Assembly (NCBI GenBank): GCA_039586095.1
Contig: JBDHLB010000015.1
Location: forward strand, 2,349 to 66,348
Direction of reading: 5' to 3'
Source: Gemmatimonadota bacterium
GTDB taxonomy: Bacteria; Gemmatimonadota; Gemmatimonadetes; Palauibacterales; Palauibacteraceae
DNA length: 64,000 bases
Of the stretch, positions 48,146-58,315 are shown piece after piece. The position numbers and the translations under genes were made by a program. The stretch's first letter is position 1. Each line of letters opens with the position of its first letter. The notes beneath the pieces are model-generated. The model was not told the origin of the DNA and made no database searches. It saw nothing but the letters and a program-made list of their open reading frames with translations.

Positions 48146-48664
48146 CTAGCGGCAGTCGTCGCTGAACAGGTCGACGTCCGCAGTCAGCTCGCCGTTCGCG
48201 TTGATTGTCGTGTGCGTGACCGCATGCACGAGCTGGTTGTTGCCGGGCCCCTGTCCGATGATGCGGAAGTTGTTCACCTCCGTGGCCACGATGGGATAGC
48301 CGCTGCCGGACACGTTCTGGGTCGATCGCGTCACGCCCGTCCCGCGAAACTTCGTTCCGGTCGTGCGCCCGACGCCCCCCACCCCCATCGGTTGAAAATG
48401 GAAGGACGCATGGAAGCCGCCGTTTCCGTCCGGCGCGACACGGACCCGCACGTGAAGCGTGCCGGCCAGGTCGACGATTTCGCCCGAGTTGCACACGATG
48501 GCGATTCCGGAGAACGGTTCTTTGACGCTGGTGGCCGCCACATCGCTCGCCGTGGCCACTTCCGGCACGAATAGACCTTCCGGACTGCGGGTGCCCTGAT
48601 CGCAGCCCAGAAGGAAGGCTGCCACCGCAGCCACGGATGCTACCCAGGTCGCACGAGACCGCAT
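48146..48664 (-). CDS. Hypothetical lipoprotein
   Basis: GGAGGAG RBS; MRSRATWVASVAAVAAFLLGC; beta-rich mature region with two Cys. Confidence 0.7.
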   Translation of the reverse strand: MRSRATWVASVAAVAAFLLGCDQGTRSPEGLFVPEVATASDVAATSVKEPFSGIAIVCNSGEIVDLAGTLHVRVRVAPDGNGGFHASFHFQPMGVGGVGRTTGTKFRGTGVTRSTQNVSGSGYPIVATEVNNFRIIGQGPGNNQLVHAVTHTTINANGELTADVDLFSDDCR

Positions 48665-48847
48665 CGCTCCTCCGTCGTTCGAACTGTGTGGGCGTCGTCC
48701 GACACCGTCTGATCGCGATGGGGGGACGCGCCCAACATGCAAGACCGAGTCGGATATGGGAAGGCGGCCGTCTGTCACCGGAACCGCGAAGGCGTAGCTG
48801 AAACCCGACTTGCTCCTTAGTATCCAAAGGACGCAGGAGGCTGCGCA

Positions 48848-50467
48848 GTGACGACGGTGCCCAGTGAAGCCGGCACGGGCGGCGTCCCGAAAACGGCGCT
48901 CTTCCGCACCAGCGCCACGCTCGAACAGGAGTTCCGGGACCTCCTCCTCCGGCGGTCACGCCTCATCTTTGTGCTCGGTCTCGCGATCAGCGTGGTGATG
49001 ATCGGCGTGGCCCGCCTCGTCATCGTTCAGCCCAACCTCTTCTTGGAGAGCCTCGGTCTCGCGCGCGCCGAATGGGCGTTCGATGCGCTTCACCTGCTTT
49101 CGTTCGCTCTCGCCCTCGCTTCCACATTCGTCGGTAACCCCACGGCGGAGCGTCTGGAAGGGACCGTGCTGGCGACTATCGCGCTGAACGTGGTCGTCGG
49201 ACACTTCAGCATGGGGGGAACGCTGGACCCCGACTACCCACCCGCTCTCGGCGCGGCTCTGATGCTCTTCGTCCCGGCTGCGGTGATCCCCTGGCGGACA
49301 CGCTATCAGATCTGGCTCGGCGTGGTGACGGTCCTCGCCTTCGTGCTTGCGCACGCGCTTGCCTACTCGCTCTCGTCGTGGGGTGCCTCGTATTGGGCCG
49401 CGGCGGGGGGCACGGAGGCGTTTCGCGACAGTCTTGTCATCACGTCACTGGGGCTGGCCATCCTCGCCGGCACGTCCGTGCTCGTGACCGACACGCTCTA
49501 CAGCATGCGCAAGCGGACCCAGCAGGCGCGGATACTCGGCAGCTATCTGGTACGACGGGAGATCGGCCGCGGGGGCATGGGCAGAGTCTACGTCGCACAG
49601 CATGCCATGATGGTTCGTCCGGCGGCTGTGAAGGTTCTCGACCGGGGCGGCGGGCTTACGGAAGAGGCGCTCGCCCGTTTCGAGCGCGAAGTGCAACTGT
49701 CCTCGAGGCTGACGCACCCGAATACGATTACGATCTATGACTACGGGCGTGCGGCCGACAACACGTTCTACTACGCGATGGAGCTGCTGGAGGGCCAGGA
49801 CCTCGAGAAGCTCGTACGCCAGTACGGCCCGGTTCCGGCCGAGCGGGCGGGGTATCTGCTCATGCAGGTATGCGGCTCACTGGCCGAGGCTCACGACCGC
49901 GGGATCGTACACCGCGATCTGAAGCCTTCCAACATCTTCGTGACGAATCAGGGCTGTATCTGCGACTTCGTGAAGGTGCTGGACTTCGGCATCGCGAAGC
50001 AGCTCGAGGTGGAAGGTGAGGGCGAGATCACGAGGGCGGGCTTCGTGGTAGGTACGCCGATGTACATGGCACCGGAGTCGGCGTTGTGCCCGGAGCGAGT
50101 CGACGCCCGGACCGACATCTACAGTCTCGGCGCCGTGGCGTATTGGATGCTGACCGGCAAGCCGCCGTTCACCGAGGATTCGCCCCTCGCGATCATCGCG
50201 AGTCACCTCCGCTCGATTCCCATTCCGCCCTCTGAGCTGGCGGAGGAGGAGGTTCCGCCGGCCCTGGACGCGGTTGTACTGAGATGTCTCGAGAAGGAGC
50301 CCGAAGATCGCTTCGCGTCGGCGCGCGAGTTGAAGCACGCCTTGGGAAGAATCACGTACGGGCAGCCATGGACGGCGGAGCGAGCAGGGCAGTGGTGGGT
50401 GACGCATCGTCCGGAAGAAGCGCCGCCCGGATTCGCGATCGAGACCCCACCGGACCCCTTCGTCTGA
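48848..50467 (+). CDS. Membrane-bound Ser/Thr protein kinase
   Basis: AGGAGG RBS; ~6 N-terminal TM helices; IGRGGMGRVY, AAVK, HRDLKPSN, DFG, GTPMYMAPE. Confidence 0.93.
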   Translation: MTTVPSEAGTGGVPKTALFRTSATLEQEFRDLLLRRSRLIFVLGLAISVVMIGVARLVIVQPNLFLESLGLARAEWAFDALHLLSFALALASTFVGNPTAERLEGTVLATIALNVVVGHFSMGGTLDPDYPPALGAALMLFVPAAVIPWRTRYQIWLGVVTVLAFVLAHALAYSLSSWGASYWAAAGGTEAFRDSLVITSLGLAILAGTSVLVTDTLYSMRKRTQQARILGSYLVRREIGRGGMGRVYVAQHAMMVRPAAVKVLDRGGGLTEEALARFEREVQLSSRLTHPNTITIYDYGRAADNTFYYAMELLEGQDLEKLVRQYGPVPAERAGYLLMQVCGSLAEAHDRGIVHRDLKPSNIFVTNQGCICDFVKVLDFGIAKQLEVEGEGEITRAGFVVGTPMYMAPESALCPERVDARTDIYSLGAVAYWMLTGKPPFTEDSPLAIIASHLRSIPIPPSELAEEEVPPALDAVVLRCLEKEPEDRFASARELKHALGRITYGQPWTAERAGQWWVTHRPEEAPPGFAIETPPDPFV

Positions 50468-50481
50468 GTGCCGGCGATACC

Positions 50482-51372
50482 ATGAATTCCGGCCGCCGCC
50501 TGGCGCTGGTCGCTCTTTTCCTGACGTTCGCGTGTCCTCTCTCGGGAGCCGCCCAGGCCGTCCCTGTTGTCGGCCTCGATGTGGCACTGCGCACCAGAAG
50601 CGTGTGGCGTGGCATCACCCGACACGACAGCCCGGTACTGCAAACGGATGCTCTTCTCAGCTACTGGAGTCGGGAGCTGAGCGTCACGGCAGGCGCGTGG
50701 GGCAACATTGCCTTCTCCGCCGCTGACTCGAGCGGCGTGGGTTTCGGACAGGAGTTTCTGGGCGAGTCCAACGTCTGGTTAGAGCTGGCAGGCACTGTCG
50801 GGCCCGCGCTGCTATCGGGCGGATGGATAGGGCGCTTTTTCAGGACGGAAGGTGCGGTGGGGCCCGCCGCCGACCTGACAAACACGCACGAGCTGTACGT
50901 TAGGGTGGAGTTCCCGACGCTCCCGGTGCTGGCTCCGCGCCTCGCGATCTATCACGACATCGATGCGGTGCGGGGAGTCTACCTGGAGCCCGGGCTTACG
51001 GTTCGGGTCCCTGTGTGGGCCGGCCTTCTGTTTCCCGCAGGATCGCTCCGGCTGGGGGCCGCGGCGGGTGTCAGCTTCGGGCAGGCGCTCGATCGCGAGA
51101 CCGCAGGAACCGACGGGCTCGGATACTACGCCGGATCGGGGCTGACCCACCTGGACTTCTCGGCGGAGATAACGGTCGGACGCATCCCTCTGGGCGTCTT
51201 CGATGCGGCGGTACACCTGGAGCTGCTGCACGTCCAGTTCAACCGGGATCCAGGAACGAAGCTCACGGACGCTCAAGGCGAAGAGCGAGACGTCAACGTG
51301 TGGGTTGGCGTCGTGGTCAGCCTGCTGGGTCCGCAGTGCCGGCCGGCAGATCGGATCTGCGCGCATGAGTAG
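50482..51372 (+). CDS. Putative outer-membrane beta-barrel protein (TorF-like)
   Basis: Signal peptide, RSVWRGITR..PVLQ, GAWGN, alternating amphipathic strands. Confidence 0.55.
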   Translation: MNSGRRLALVALFLTFACPLSGAAQAVPVVGLDVALRTRSVWRGITRHDSPVLQTDALLSYWSRELSVTAGAWGNIAFSAADSSGVGFGQEFLGESNVWLELAGTVGPALLSGGWIGRFFRTEGAVGPAADLTNTHELYVRVEFPTLPVLAPRLAIYHDIDAVRGVYLEPGLTVRVPVWAGLLFPAGSLRLGAAAGVSFGQALDRETAGTDGLGYYAGSGLTHLDFSAEITVGRIPLGVFDAAVHLELLHVQFNRDPGTKLTDAQGEERDVNVWVGVVVSLLGPQCRPADRICAHE

Positions 51373-53491
51373 GCAGACGGGGGCGTGCTCGCGGGCGGCC
51401 TTCCTCCTTGTCGCTCTGAGCGCAGCGTCGGCGGCAGGATGCGCCTCCACGCCCCAAGCCGTGCCTCTCCCGACCCCTCGGTCGCCACCTCCGGTCCCTC
51501 GACCGGGCGATGGTCTGCGCGCTGGCTTCGCCAGGGTCGACATTACACCGCCGCCCGGCATGGGCGTCGCGGGAATCTCTTTCGAAGGGCAGCAGATTGC
51601 CGGCTTCCGACATCGACTGTACGCGCGGGCAATGCTTCTCGAGGATGCTCGCGGAGAGCGCATCGCCTTCGTGGTCGTGGATCTTTTGAACGTCGCACCC
51701 CAACTGCATCGACGAACGGCCGAGCTGCTCGCAGCAGCCGGCACCGGTATCGGCGCGGATCGACTGCTGGTCGCGGCGACACACACGCACGCCGCTCCCG
51801 GCAACTTCTACGAGGTGCGGCAATACAACGAGAGCGCCACACCGGTCTCGGGCTATGACGCCGCGTGGGTCGACTTCCTCGTCCGTCGGTTTGCGAAGGC
51901 CGTCAAACTCGCACACGACGATCTTCAGCCGGCTCGTGCCGCCTGGGGAGCCATCCGCGTGCCGGGGGTCACGCGCAACCGAAGCTACGGGGCCTTTCTC
52001 CGGAATCCCGAGCCGCGGCCCGGGACCGTGGACGATACGCTCCGGATGCTCAGGGTAGACCAGTGTCCAGGTGATCGTGCAACCTGTCGGGCCAGGGGCG
52101 CCTTCAGCGTGTTCGCCGTGCATGGCACCGGCAACACGGCGGTGACCGACCTGATGGATGGGGACGTGCAGTCTCTCGTGGCGCGAGGCGTGGAGCGCCA
52201 CATGGACTCGATCAACGCTCCCGACCGTCAGGAGGGTTTCCAGCTGGGGTCCGTTCACCTGTTCGCCAACGGAGCCTCGGGCGACGTCTCGCCCGTCTAC
52301 GACCCCGACAGCCGCTGTCAAACGCATCAGCGGTACGAGCTGGGCCGGAGGCCCGGAGGACCGCGCACGCCACCCGCGCCGGAGGAATGGCGCATCCCCG
52401 AGGATGCCGTCACACACTGTCGACGGCTGGCTCGTGCCTCCATGCAGCGTGTCGGGGATATCCTCACGCGGGCAGCCAGCGCCCTGTACGACTCGCTGGG
52501 AACCAGGCTCTCGGCGACTCTGCGGGTCGAGCGAGCCTTTACGACTTTGCATTTGAAAGAGGTCGACGGGTCCTATCCGCTCTGCCGGGACCCGCTGACG
52601 GGAACGGCCAGCTGGGGCGGTTCGGAAGATGCCCGCACTCGCCTGCACGAATGGAAGTTCCTGGGGCTCATCTCCTCGGGGATCGAGGAGGGGGCCGTCT
52701 CCCTGCGCGTCGGCGATAACTCCACTCGCTGTCATGGGGCCAAGAAGATCGGGCTGGGCGGACTTCAGAGGCTGTTCGTCGGCGAGCACGGCTTTCCGGA
52801 GTACGCGCAGTTATCCATGGTACGGGTCGGCTCGACGCTTCTCTCCGCTGTGCCGTGGGAGATCACTACGGCGCTGGGCGCGCGCATCAAACGAGAAGTG
52901 AAGGAGACCGGGCCCGGCGGGATCGAGCACGTCGCGATCGTGAGCCTGACCAACGGATACGTTCAGTACGCCACGACGCCTGAGGAGTATGCCGCTCAAC
53001 ATTACGAGGGAGGATCGACGATCTACGGGCCCAACACGGCGCCGCTCATACAGGACCGGCTCGTCATGCTCGCCTCGAGCCTGCGCCAGGGTGCTCCGAT
53101 GGTCCACGTCGGAGAGCTGCTCGCCTACCCGGGGCCGACGCGCACGTACCTGCGACCGCGCACCGCCGGTCCGCCGCCGGAGAGAATCGACCGGCGCATC
53201 GAATCGCTCGTGTGCTCCGGCGGGTGGCTGACCGCGAGCTGGATCGATCTGCACCCGGGTCGGCTCGTGCCGGCGGACGGTCAGCTTCTGGAAATCCGGG
53301 TTGACGGTCGAGCCGTCGCGTGGGACGATCACCGCCACGTCGAGGTGCGCGCCACGAAGGACAGGGGATCGAGCGGGTACGAGTGGGAGGTTCACTGGAC
53401 ACCGATAGAATGGCCTGAGGGCCGTCCGGAGCTCGTGCTCCTGGCCCGGCCGGGATTGGACGAGGTGCGCGGCCTCTGCCCCGGAGACTAA
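51365..53491 (+). CDS. Neutral/alkaline ceramidase family lipoprotein
   Basis: DITPP, RLYARA, ATHTHAAP, NRS, FAVHGT, GDVSP, PWEITT, YATTPEEYAAQHYEG; lipobox AAGC. Confidence 0.85.
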   Translation: MSRQTGACSRAAFLLVALSAASAAGCASTPQAVPLPTPRSPPPVPRPGDGLRAGFARVDITPPPGMGVAGISFEGQQIAGFRHRLYARAMLLEDARGERIAFVVVDLLNVAPQLHRRTAELLAAAGTGIGADRLLVAATHTHAAPGNFYEVRQYNESATPVSGYDAAWVDFLVRRFAKAVKLAHDDLQPARAAWGAIRVPGVTRNRSYGAFLRNPEPRPGTVDDTLRMLRVDQCPGDRATCRARGAFSVFAVHGTGNTAVTDLMDGDVQSLVARGVERHMDSINAPDRQEGFQLGSVHLFANGASGDVSPVYDPDSRCQTHQRYELGRRPGGPRTPPAPEEWRIPEDAVTHCRRLARASMQRVGDILTRAASALYDSLGTRLSATLRVERAFTTLHLKEVDGSYPLCRDPLTGTASWGGSEDARTRLHEWKFLGLISSGIEEGAVSLRVGDNSTRCHGAKKIGLGGLQRLFVGEHGFPEYAQLSMVRVGSTLLSAVPWEITTALGARIKREVKETGPGGIEHVAIVSLTNGYVQYATTPEEYAAQHYEGGSTIYGPNTAPLIQDRLVMLASSLRQGAPMVHVGELLAYPGPTRTYLRPRTAGPPPERIDRRIESLVCSGGWLTASWIDLHPGRLVPADGQLLEIRVDGRAVAWDDHRHVEVRATKDRGSSGYEWEVHWTPIEWPEGRPELVLLARPGLDEVRGLCPGD

Positions 53492-53547
53492 GCCGCCAGG
53501 TCGGGCAGTCGATTCAGTCGGTGAGCGTCAGCAAGAGAGGATCCGAA

Positions 53548-54357
53548 ATGACGAACCACATATGCGTGACGTGCGGCGTCCAATACGCCGAGTCGGAAGA
53601 GCCGCCCGATCACTGCGCGATCTGCGAGGATGAGCGGCAGTACGTGGGATGGAACGGCCAGCAGTGGACGACCCTGGCGGAGCTGCGGGTCACTCATCGC
53701 AATCGGTTCGTCGAGATGGAAGATGATCTGTTTCGGATCGGGACCGTGCCTCACTTCGGGATCGCCCAGCACGCCTACCTCGTGCGCTCGCCTTCCGGCA
53801 ACGTTCTGTGGGATTGTGTGTCGCTGGTCGACGAGCCGACGATCGAAGAAGTGAACGAGCACGGCGGCATTTCAGCGATCGCCATCTCGCACCCGCATTA
53901 CTACGCGTCGATGGTGGACTGGAGTCGCGCCTTTGGCCGCGCGCCCATTTACCTGCACGCCGCCGATCGGGAGTGGGTCATGCGACCCGACAGCGCCCTC
54001 GTCCCGTGGGACGGTGAGAGCCACGAACTGTGGGACGGGCTGACACTCGTTCACGCTGGCGGACATTTCGCCGGGGGCGCGATGCTTCACTGGCCCGACG
54101 GGGCCGACGGGAAGGGCGTCCTGCTCCCGGGCGACATCATTCAGGTCGTTCATGATCGACAATGGGTAAGCTGGATGTACAGCTATCCCAACCTTATTCC
54201 GCTGGCAGCATCGGAGGTGCGACGCGTCGTTGACGCGGTCGAGCCGTACGATTTCGATCGTATTTACAGCCCGTGGGCAGAGCGCATCGTGATGGGCAAT
54301 GCGAAAGAGGTTGTCAGACGATCGGCGGACCGCTACCTGAAAGCCCTGAAAGGCTAG
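53548..54357 (+). CDS. MBL-fold metallo-hydrolase with N-terminal Zn-finger-like motif
   Basis: ICVTCG..CAICEDERQY, ISHPHYY, GGHF, SYPNLIPL. Confidence 0.85.
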   Translation: MTNHICVTCGVQYAESEEPPDHCAICEDERQYVGWNGQQWTTLAELRVTHRNRFVEMEDDLFRIGTVPHFGIAQHAYLVRSPSGNVLWDCVSLVDEPTIEEVNEHGGISAIAISHPHYYASMVDWSRAFGRAPIYLHAADREWVMRPDSALVPWDGESHELWDGLTLVHAGGHFAGGAMLHWPDGADGKGVLLPGDIIQVVHDRQWVSWMYSYPNLIPLAASEVRRVVDAVEPYDFDRIYSPWAERIVMGNAKEVVRRSADRYLKALKG

Positions 54358-54391
54358 AGTGATCGAATGCTGAGGAGAGTGGAGAGGGTCG

Positions 54392-55708
54392 ATGGGTCGT
54401 AGACGGGTCGTGATCATGGGAGCCGCAGGTCGCGATTTCCACAACTTCAACTGCCTGTTCCGCGACGACGAGCGATACGATGTCGTCGCGTTCACTGCGA
54501 CGCAGATCCCGGGAATCGAAGACCGGACGTACCCTCACAGCCTCGCAGGGCCCCTGTATCCCGACGGTGTGCCGATCGAGCCCGAGGAAGAGCTCGAGGA
54601 GATCATCCACCGCCACGGGGTCGACGAAGTATGGTTCTCCTACTCGGACGTGTCGCACGACTACGTGATGCACAAGGCGAGTCAGGTGATCGCCTGGGGC
54701 GCGCACTTCGGCGTGTGCTCGACCGGGGCCACGATGCTGCAGGCGTCGAAACCCGTCATCGCCGTCACGGCAGTGCGGACGGGGGCAGGGAAATCACAGA
54801 CCAGCCGATACCTGGCCCGCATCCTCCGCACGCTGAACAAGCAGGTGGTCACCGTGCGACACCCCATGCCGTACGGCGAGCTGGCCCGGCAGGCCTGCCA
54901 GCGCTTCGCCACCTACGAAGATCTCGATGAGCACGACACCACGATCGAAGAACGCGAGGAATACCAGCCGCACATCGACAACGGATTCATCGTATACGCA
55001 GGAGTCGATTACCACAGGATCCTCGAGGAGGCCGAAAAAGAGGCCGAAGTGATCCTGTGGGACGGCGGGAACAACGACACGCCATTCTTCAAGCCGGACC
55101 TTCAGATCACGCTGGTGGATCCGCACCGACCCGGACACGAGCTTCGCTACTTCCCGGGGGAGACGAACTTTCGGCTCGCTGACGTGATCGTGGTGAACAA
55201 GGTCGAGACGGCGGAGCCGGGAAATGTGGAGCAGGTACTGTCGAACATCCGCGAGCACAATCCCGGGGCCCGGGTGATCCAGTGTCGGTCGACCATCACG
55301 GTCGAGCATCCGGAGCTGATCCAGGGCAAGCGGGCGCTGGTGGTGGAGGACGGCCCGACCCTCACACACGGCGGAATGGACGTGGGAGCGGGCTGGTACG
55401 GGGCCCAGCGGGCTGGGGCCGCCGAAATCGTGGACGCCCGACCACACGCGGTCGGTTCGATTCGCGAGACGTACGCTGCGTATCCGAACGCCGCCAAGAT
55501 TCTGCCGGCCATGGGCTACGGCGACGAGCAGATCAGCGAGCTCGCGGCGACGATCGACGCGACCCCGGCTGACGTCGTCGTCGTCGGGACGCCGATCGAT
55601 CTGGGCCGGATTCTGGAGGTCAACAAGCCGATGGTGCGAGTACGCTACGAGCTCGAAGAACGGGAGCCGGGCGGGCTCGAAACGGCGGTGCGGGAGGTGC
55701 TGGAATAG
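54392..55708 (+). CDS. P-loop protein of the cyclic 2,3-diphosphoglycerate synthetase-like family; candidate arginine synthetase (ArcE)
   Basis: GAAGRDFHNFN, AFTATQIP, RTGAGKSQT, RHPMPYG, TIEEREEY, WDGGNND, EDGPTLTHGGM, LPAMGY. Confidence 0.8.
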   Translation: MGRRRVVIMGAAGRDFHNFNCLFRDDERYDVVAFTATQIPGIEDRTYPHSLAGPLYPDGVPIEPEEELEEIIHRHGVDEVWFSYSDVSHDYVMHKASQVIAWGAHFGVCSTGATMLQASKPVIAVTAVRTGAGKSQTSRYLARILRTLNKQVVTVRHPMPYGELARQACQRFATYEDLDEHDTTIEEREEYQPHIDNGFIVYAGVDYHRILEEAEKEAEVILWDGGNNDTPFFKPDLQITLVDPHRPGHELRYFPGETNFRLADVIVVNKVETAEPGNVEQVLSNIREHNPGARVIQCRSTITVEHPELIQGKRALVVEDGPTLTHGGMDVGAGWYGAQRAGAAEIVDARPHAVGSIRETYAAYPNAAKILPAMGYGDEQISELAATIDATPADVVVVGTPIDLGRILEVNKPMVRVRYELEEREPGGLETAVREVLE

Positions 55709-55779
55709 GGCCGCGAGCATATCCTGTCCGGAACGAGTCTCGGATATAGATCCAAACTAGCGCAGGGGAGGACGTTTGA

Positions 55780-56514
55780 ATGTCGTATACGGGAGCATGC
55801 CACGGTCGGATCGATCTGGGCCCGCTCTCCGACGAGGTGCGGGACCGGTTGGCCCGACTTCCGGGAGAGTGGCTGGAGTACGATCCGACCCTGGGCGGAG
55901 TGGTAGTTCGCCACGTGCAGCCGACCGAGTCACCCGTACTCCTGAGCACGGCGAGCGAGCTGGTTCGCTTTTTGTCGGAGATCCCCTTCGACGAGCAGAC
56001 GAAGGTCCCGGGTGGTGACCTCTTCGTGCACCTGGAAGAGACGGGCCAGCTGGTTCGCCTTCGCGTCGAAGCGGGAGGAACGCTCCACATCCACTGGGCC
56101 CACCCCGAGTACGCCGGGGCGAAGAAGCGCCCGTACGACGGGCACGAAATCGCGATCGAGGCCTGGGAGCACCGCCTGAACGGCAGTGCCAGCCTCACCG
56201 CCTCGGAAGCCGAGGCGGCCGCCGACGCGCTCCAGACCCTCGCCGACACGTTCGAGGGTCTGTATCCGGAGGGAGATTTCTGCGCAACGGCCGAGGAGAC
56301 GGGACTCGTCCGCATCGACATGCGCGATGTGAACCTCGACGCCCGTCTGCTGGTGGATCGGCTCCAGGCGCTGGCCCAGCCGCGTACACTCAACGGCCGA
56401 ATCGACGTGAGCTCGTTCGGGGATGCGGCGCCGGAGCACCTCGTTCGCCTCTCCTTCGAGAGCGGCAAGACGTGGGTCCAGCATCCGTTGCTGTGGTCCG
56501 AGGCCTCGGCCTGA
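55780..56514 (+). CDS. Hypothetical protein
   Basis: GGAGG RBS, 244-aa ORF ending 1 bp before the acyl-CoA dehydrogenase. Confidence 0.7.
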   Translation: MSYTGACHGRIDLGPLSDEVRDRLARLPGEWLEYDPTLGGVVVRHVQPTESPVLLSTASELVRFLSEIPFDEQTKVPGGDLFVHLEETGQLVRLRVEAGGTLHIHWAHPEYAGAKKRPYDGHEIAIEAWEHRLNGSASLTASEAEAAADALQTLADTFEGLYPEGDFCATAEETGLVRIDMRDVNLDARLLVDRLQALAQPRTLNGRIDVSSFGDAAPEHLVRLSFESGKTWVQHPLLWSEASA

Positions 56515-56515
56515 C

Positions 56516-57709
56516 ATGCTGAACTACTTCCTGACGGAGGAGCAGGAGGCCATCCGGGACCTGGCCAGGACCCTGGCAGAGAACGAAATCCAGCCGGTGG
56601 CCGCCGAGTACGACCGGTCCGGCGAGTTTCCTTGGCCGGTGGTCGAGAAGATGGCCGAAGCCGACCTGTTCGGCGTGTTCATCGACGAGGAGTACGGTGG
56701 CTTCGCGGGCGACTCCCGCACGATGAACATGGTTCTCGTGACGGAGGAGCTGTCCAAGGCCTGTGGCGGGATCGCCCTCGCCTTCGCCAGTACGGCGCTT
56801 GGTGCCATCCCGATCATTCTGGCGGCCAGCGACGACGTGAAGCGTCGATTCCTTCCCGACATCGCGACCGGCAAGCGGCTCGCGGGCTTCGCCCTGACGG
56901 AGCCGCAGGCCGGCTCGGACGCGGGCGGCATCCGCACCACGGCGATCCGGGACGGCGACCACTATGTGCTGAACGGGCTCAAGCAGTGGATCACCAACGG
57001 GGGAGAGGCGGAGATCTACACGGTGATCGCGCTCACCGACCCGACGAAGGGCCCCCGCGGTGCCTCGTGCTTCGTCGTCGAGAAGGACACGCCCGGCTTC
57101 CTGTTTGGCAAGAAGGAAGACAAGATGGGAATTCGGGCGTCGGCTACGTGCGAGCTCATCTTCGACGATTGCCGGGTGCCCGCCGAGAACCTGGTCGGGC
57201 GCCAGGGCACGGGTTTCATTACGGCGATGCGAACGTTCGACGCCTCCAGGCCGGGCGTGGCGGCCCAGGCGGTCGGCATGGCGCAGGGCGCGCTGGATCT
57301 GGCGGTAGATTGGGCCATAGCGCGTCGGCAGTTCGGTTCCCCCGTCTCTTCGTTCCAGGGTCTGCGATTCATGCTGGCCGATATGGCCACGCGGGTGGAG
57401 TCCGCTCGCGCGCTCGTGTACGCGGTGGCCCGGCACATCGACGCGGCGCCCAAGGAGCGCCCCACGATCTATTCGGCGATGTCCAAGCTCTTCGCATCCG
57501 AAATCGCGATGAAGGTGACCACCGACGCCGTGCAGGTGTTCGGCGGCTCCGGGTACATGAAGGACTACCCGATCGAGAAGTACATGCGGGACGCGAAGAT
57601 TACCCAGATCTACGAAGGGACCAGCCAGATCCAGCGGGAGGAGATCAGCAAGATCCTGGTCGGGGAGCACATCGCCGGTCACGGCAAGATCGACCACCAG
57701 GCCGGGTGA
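56516..57709 (+). CDS. Acyl-CoA dehydrogenase (short-chain/butyryl-CoA type)
   Basis: FALTEPQAGSD, KQWITNG, KMGIRAS, RRQFG, QVFGGSGY, RDAKITQIYEGTSQIQR. Confidence 0.95.
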   Translation: MLNYFLTEEQEAIRDLARTLAENEIQPVAAEYDRSGEFPWPVVEKMAEADLFGVFIDEEYGGFAGDSRTMNMVLVTEELSKACGGIALAFASTALGAIPIILAASDDVKRRFLPDIATGKRLAGFALTEPQAGSDAGGIRTTAIRDGDHYVLNGLKQWITNGGEAEIYTVIALTDPTKGPRGASCFVVEKDTPGFLFGKKEDKMGIRASATCELIFDDCRVPAENLVGRQGTGFITAMRTFDASRPGVAAQAVGMAQGALDLAVDWAIARRQFGSPVSSFQGLRFMLADMATRVESARALVYAVARHIDAAPKERPTIYSAMSKLFASEIAMKVTTDAVQVFGGSGYMKDYPIEKYMRDAKITQIYEGTSQIQREEISKILVGEHIAGHGKIDHQAG

Positions 57710-58182
57710 GCGGATCCGCTCTGGTGGCTCCTCCGAAACCTCTCTTCTGGACCCTCGCCCTATGGGTGTTCTGCGCCTGCGGAGGTCGCATGCCGGAGGA
57801 TCTGGGCGTCACCGAGGGACGCCTGTCCGCCTGTCCGGCGACGCCGAATTGCGTGTCCTCCCAGGCCGACTGGAGCGACGCGCGGCACTACGTGGCGGCC
57901 CTGCCGCTCGTCGACGGTGTCGAAGCGTCTCGTGACCGGCTGCTCGCGATCCTGGAAGAGTTGCCCCGAACGCGCATCGAACGCCGCGAGCCCGCGTACC
58001 TGCACGTTACGTTTCGTTCGGCGCTGTTTCGCTTCGTCGACGATGTGGAGTTTCTGATCGTCGACTCGACTCGCGCAATTCACGTTCGCTCCGCATCGCG
58101 CCTCGGGCGCGGCGACCTGGGTGTAAACCGGCGTCGGGTCGAAGAGATCCGGCGGCGATTGGAGAACACGCCGCGCCCGTGA
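57706..58182 (+). CDS. DUF1499 domain protein
   Basis: CPATPNCVSSQ, FRFVDDVEF, RSASRLGRGDLGVNRRR. Confidence 0.9.
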   Translation: MSGSALVAPPKPLFWTLALWVFCACGGRMPEDLGVTEGRLSACPATPNCVSSQADWSDARHYVAALPLVDGVEASRDRLLAILEELPRTRIERREPAYLHVTFRSALFRFVDDVEFLIVDSTRAIHVRSASRLGRGDLGVNRRRVEEIRRRLENTPRP

Positions 58183-58315
58183 TTGTCCCGTTGAATCGCG
58201 GTCATGCGGTCGTGCCGTCCGCTGCTCGCGTGGCCCCGTGCAGGGAGCACGTCGAAGCACAAGACCCCGAGAGGATGAATCTCCACAGAAATCCCCAGAA
58301 GATGCTGGCAAGATC

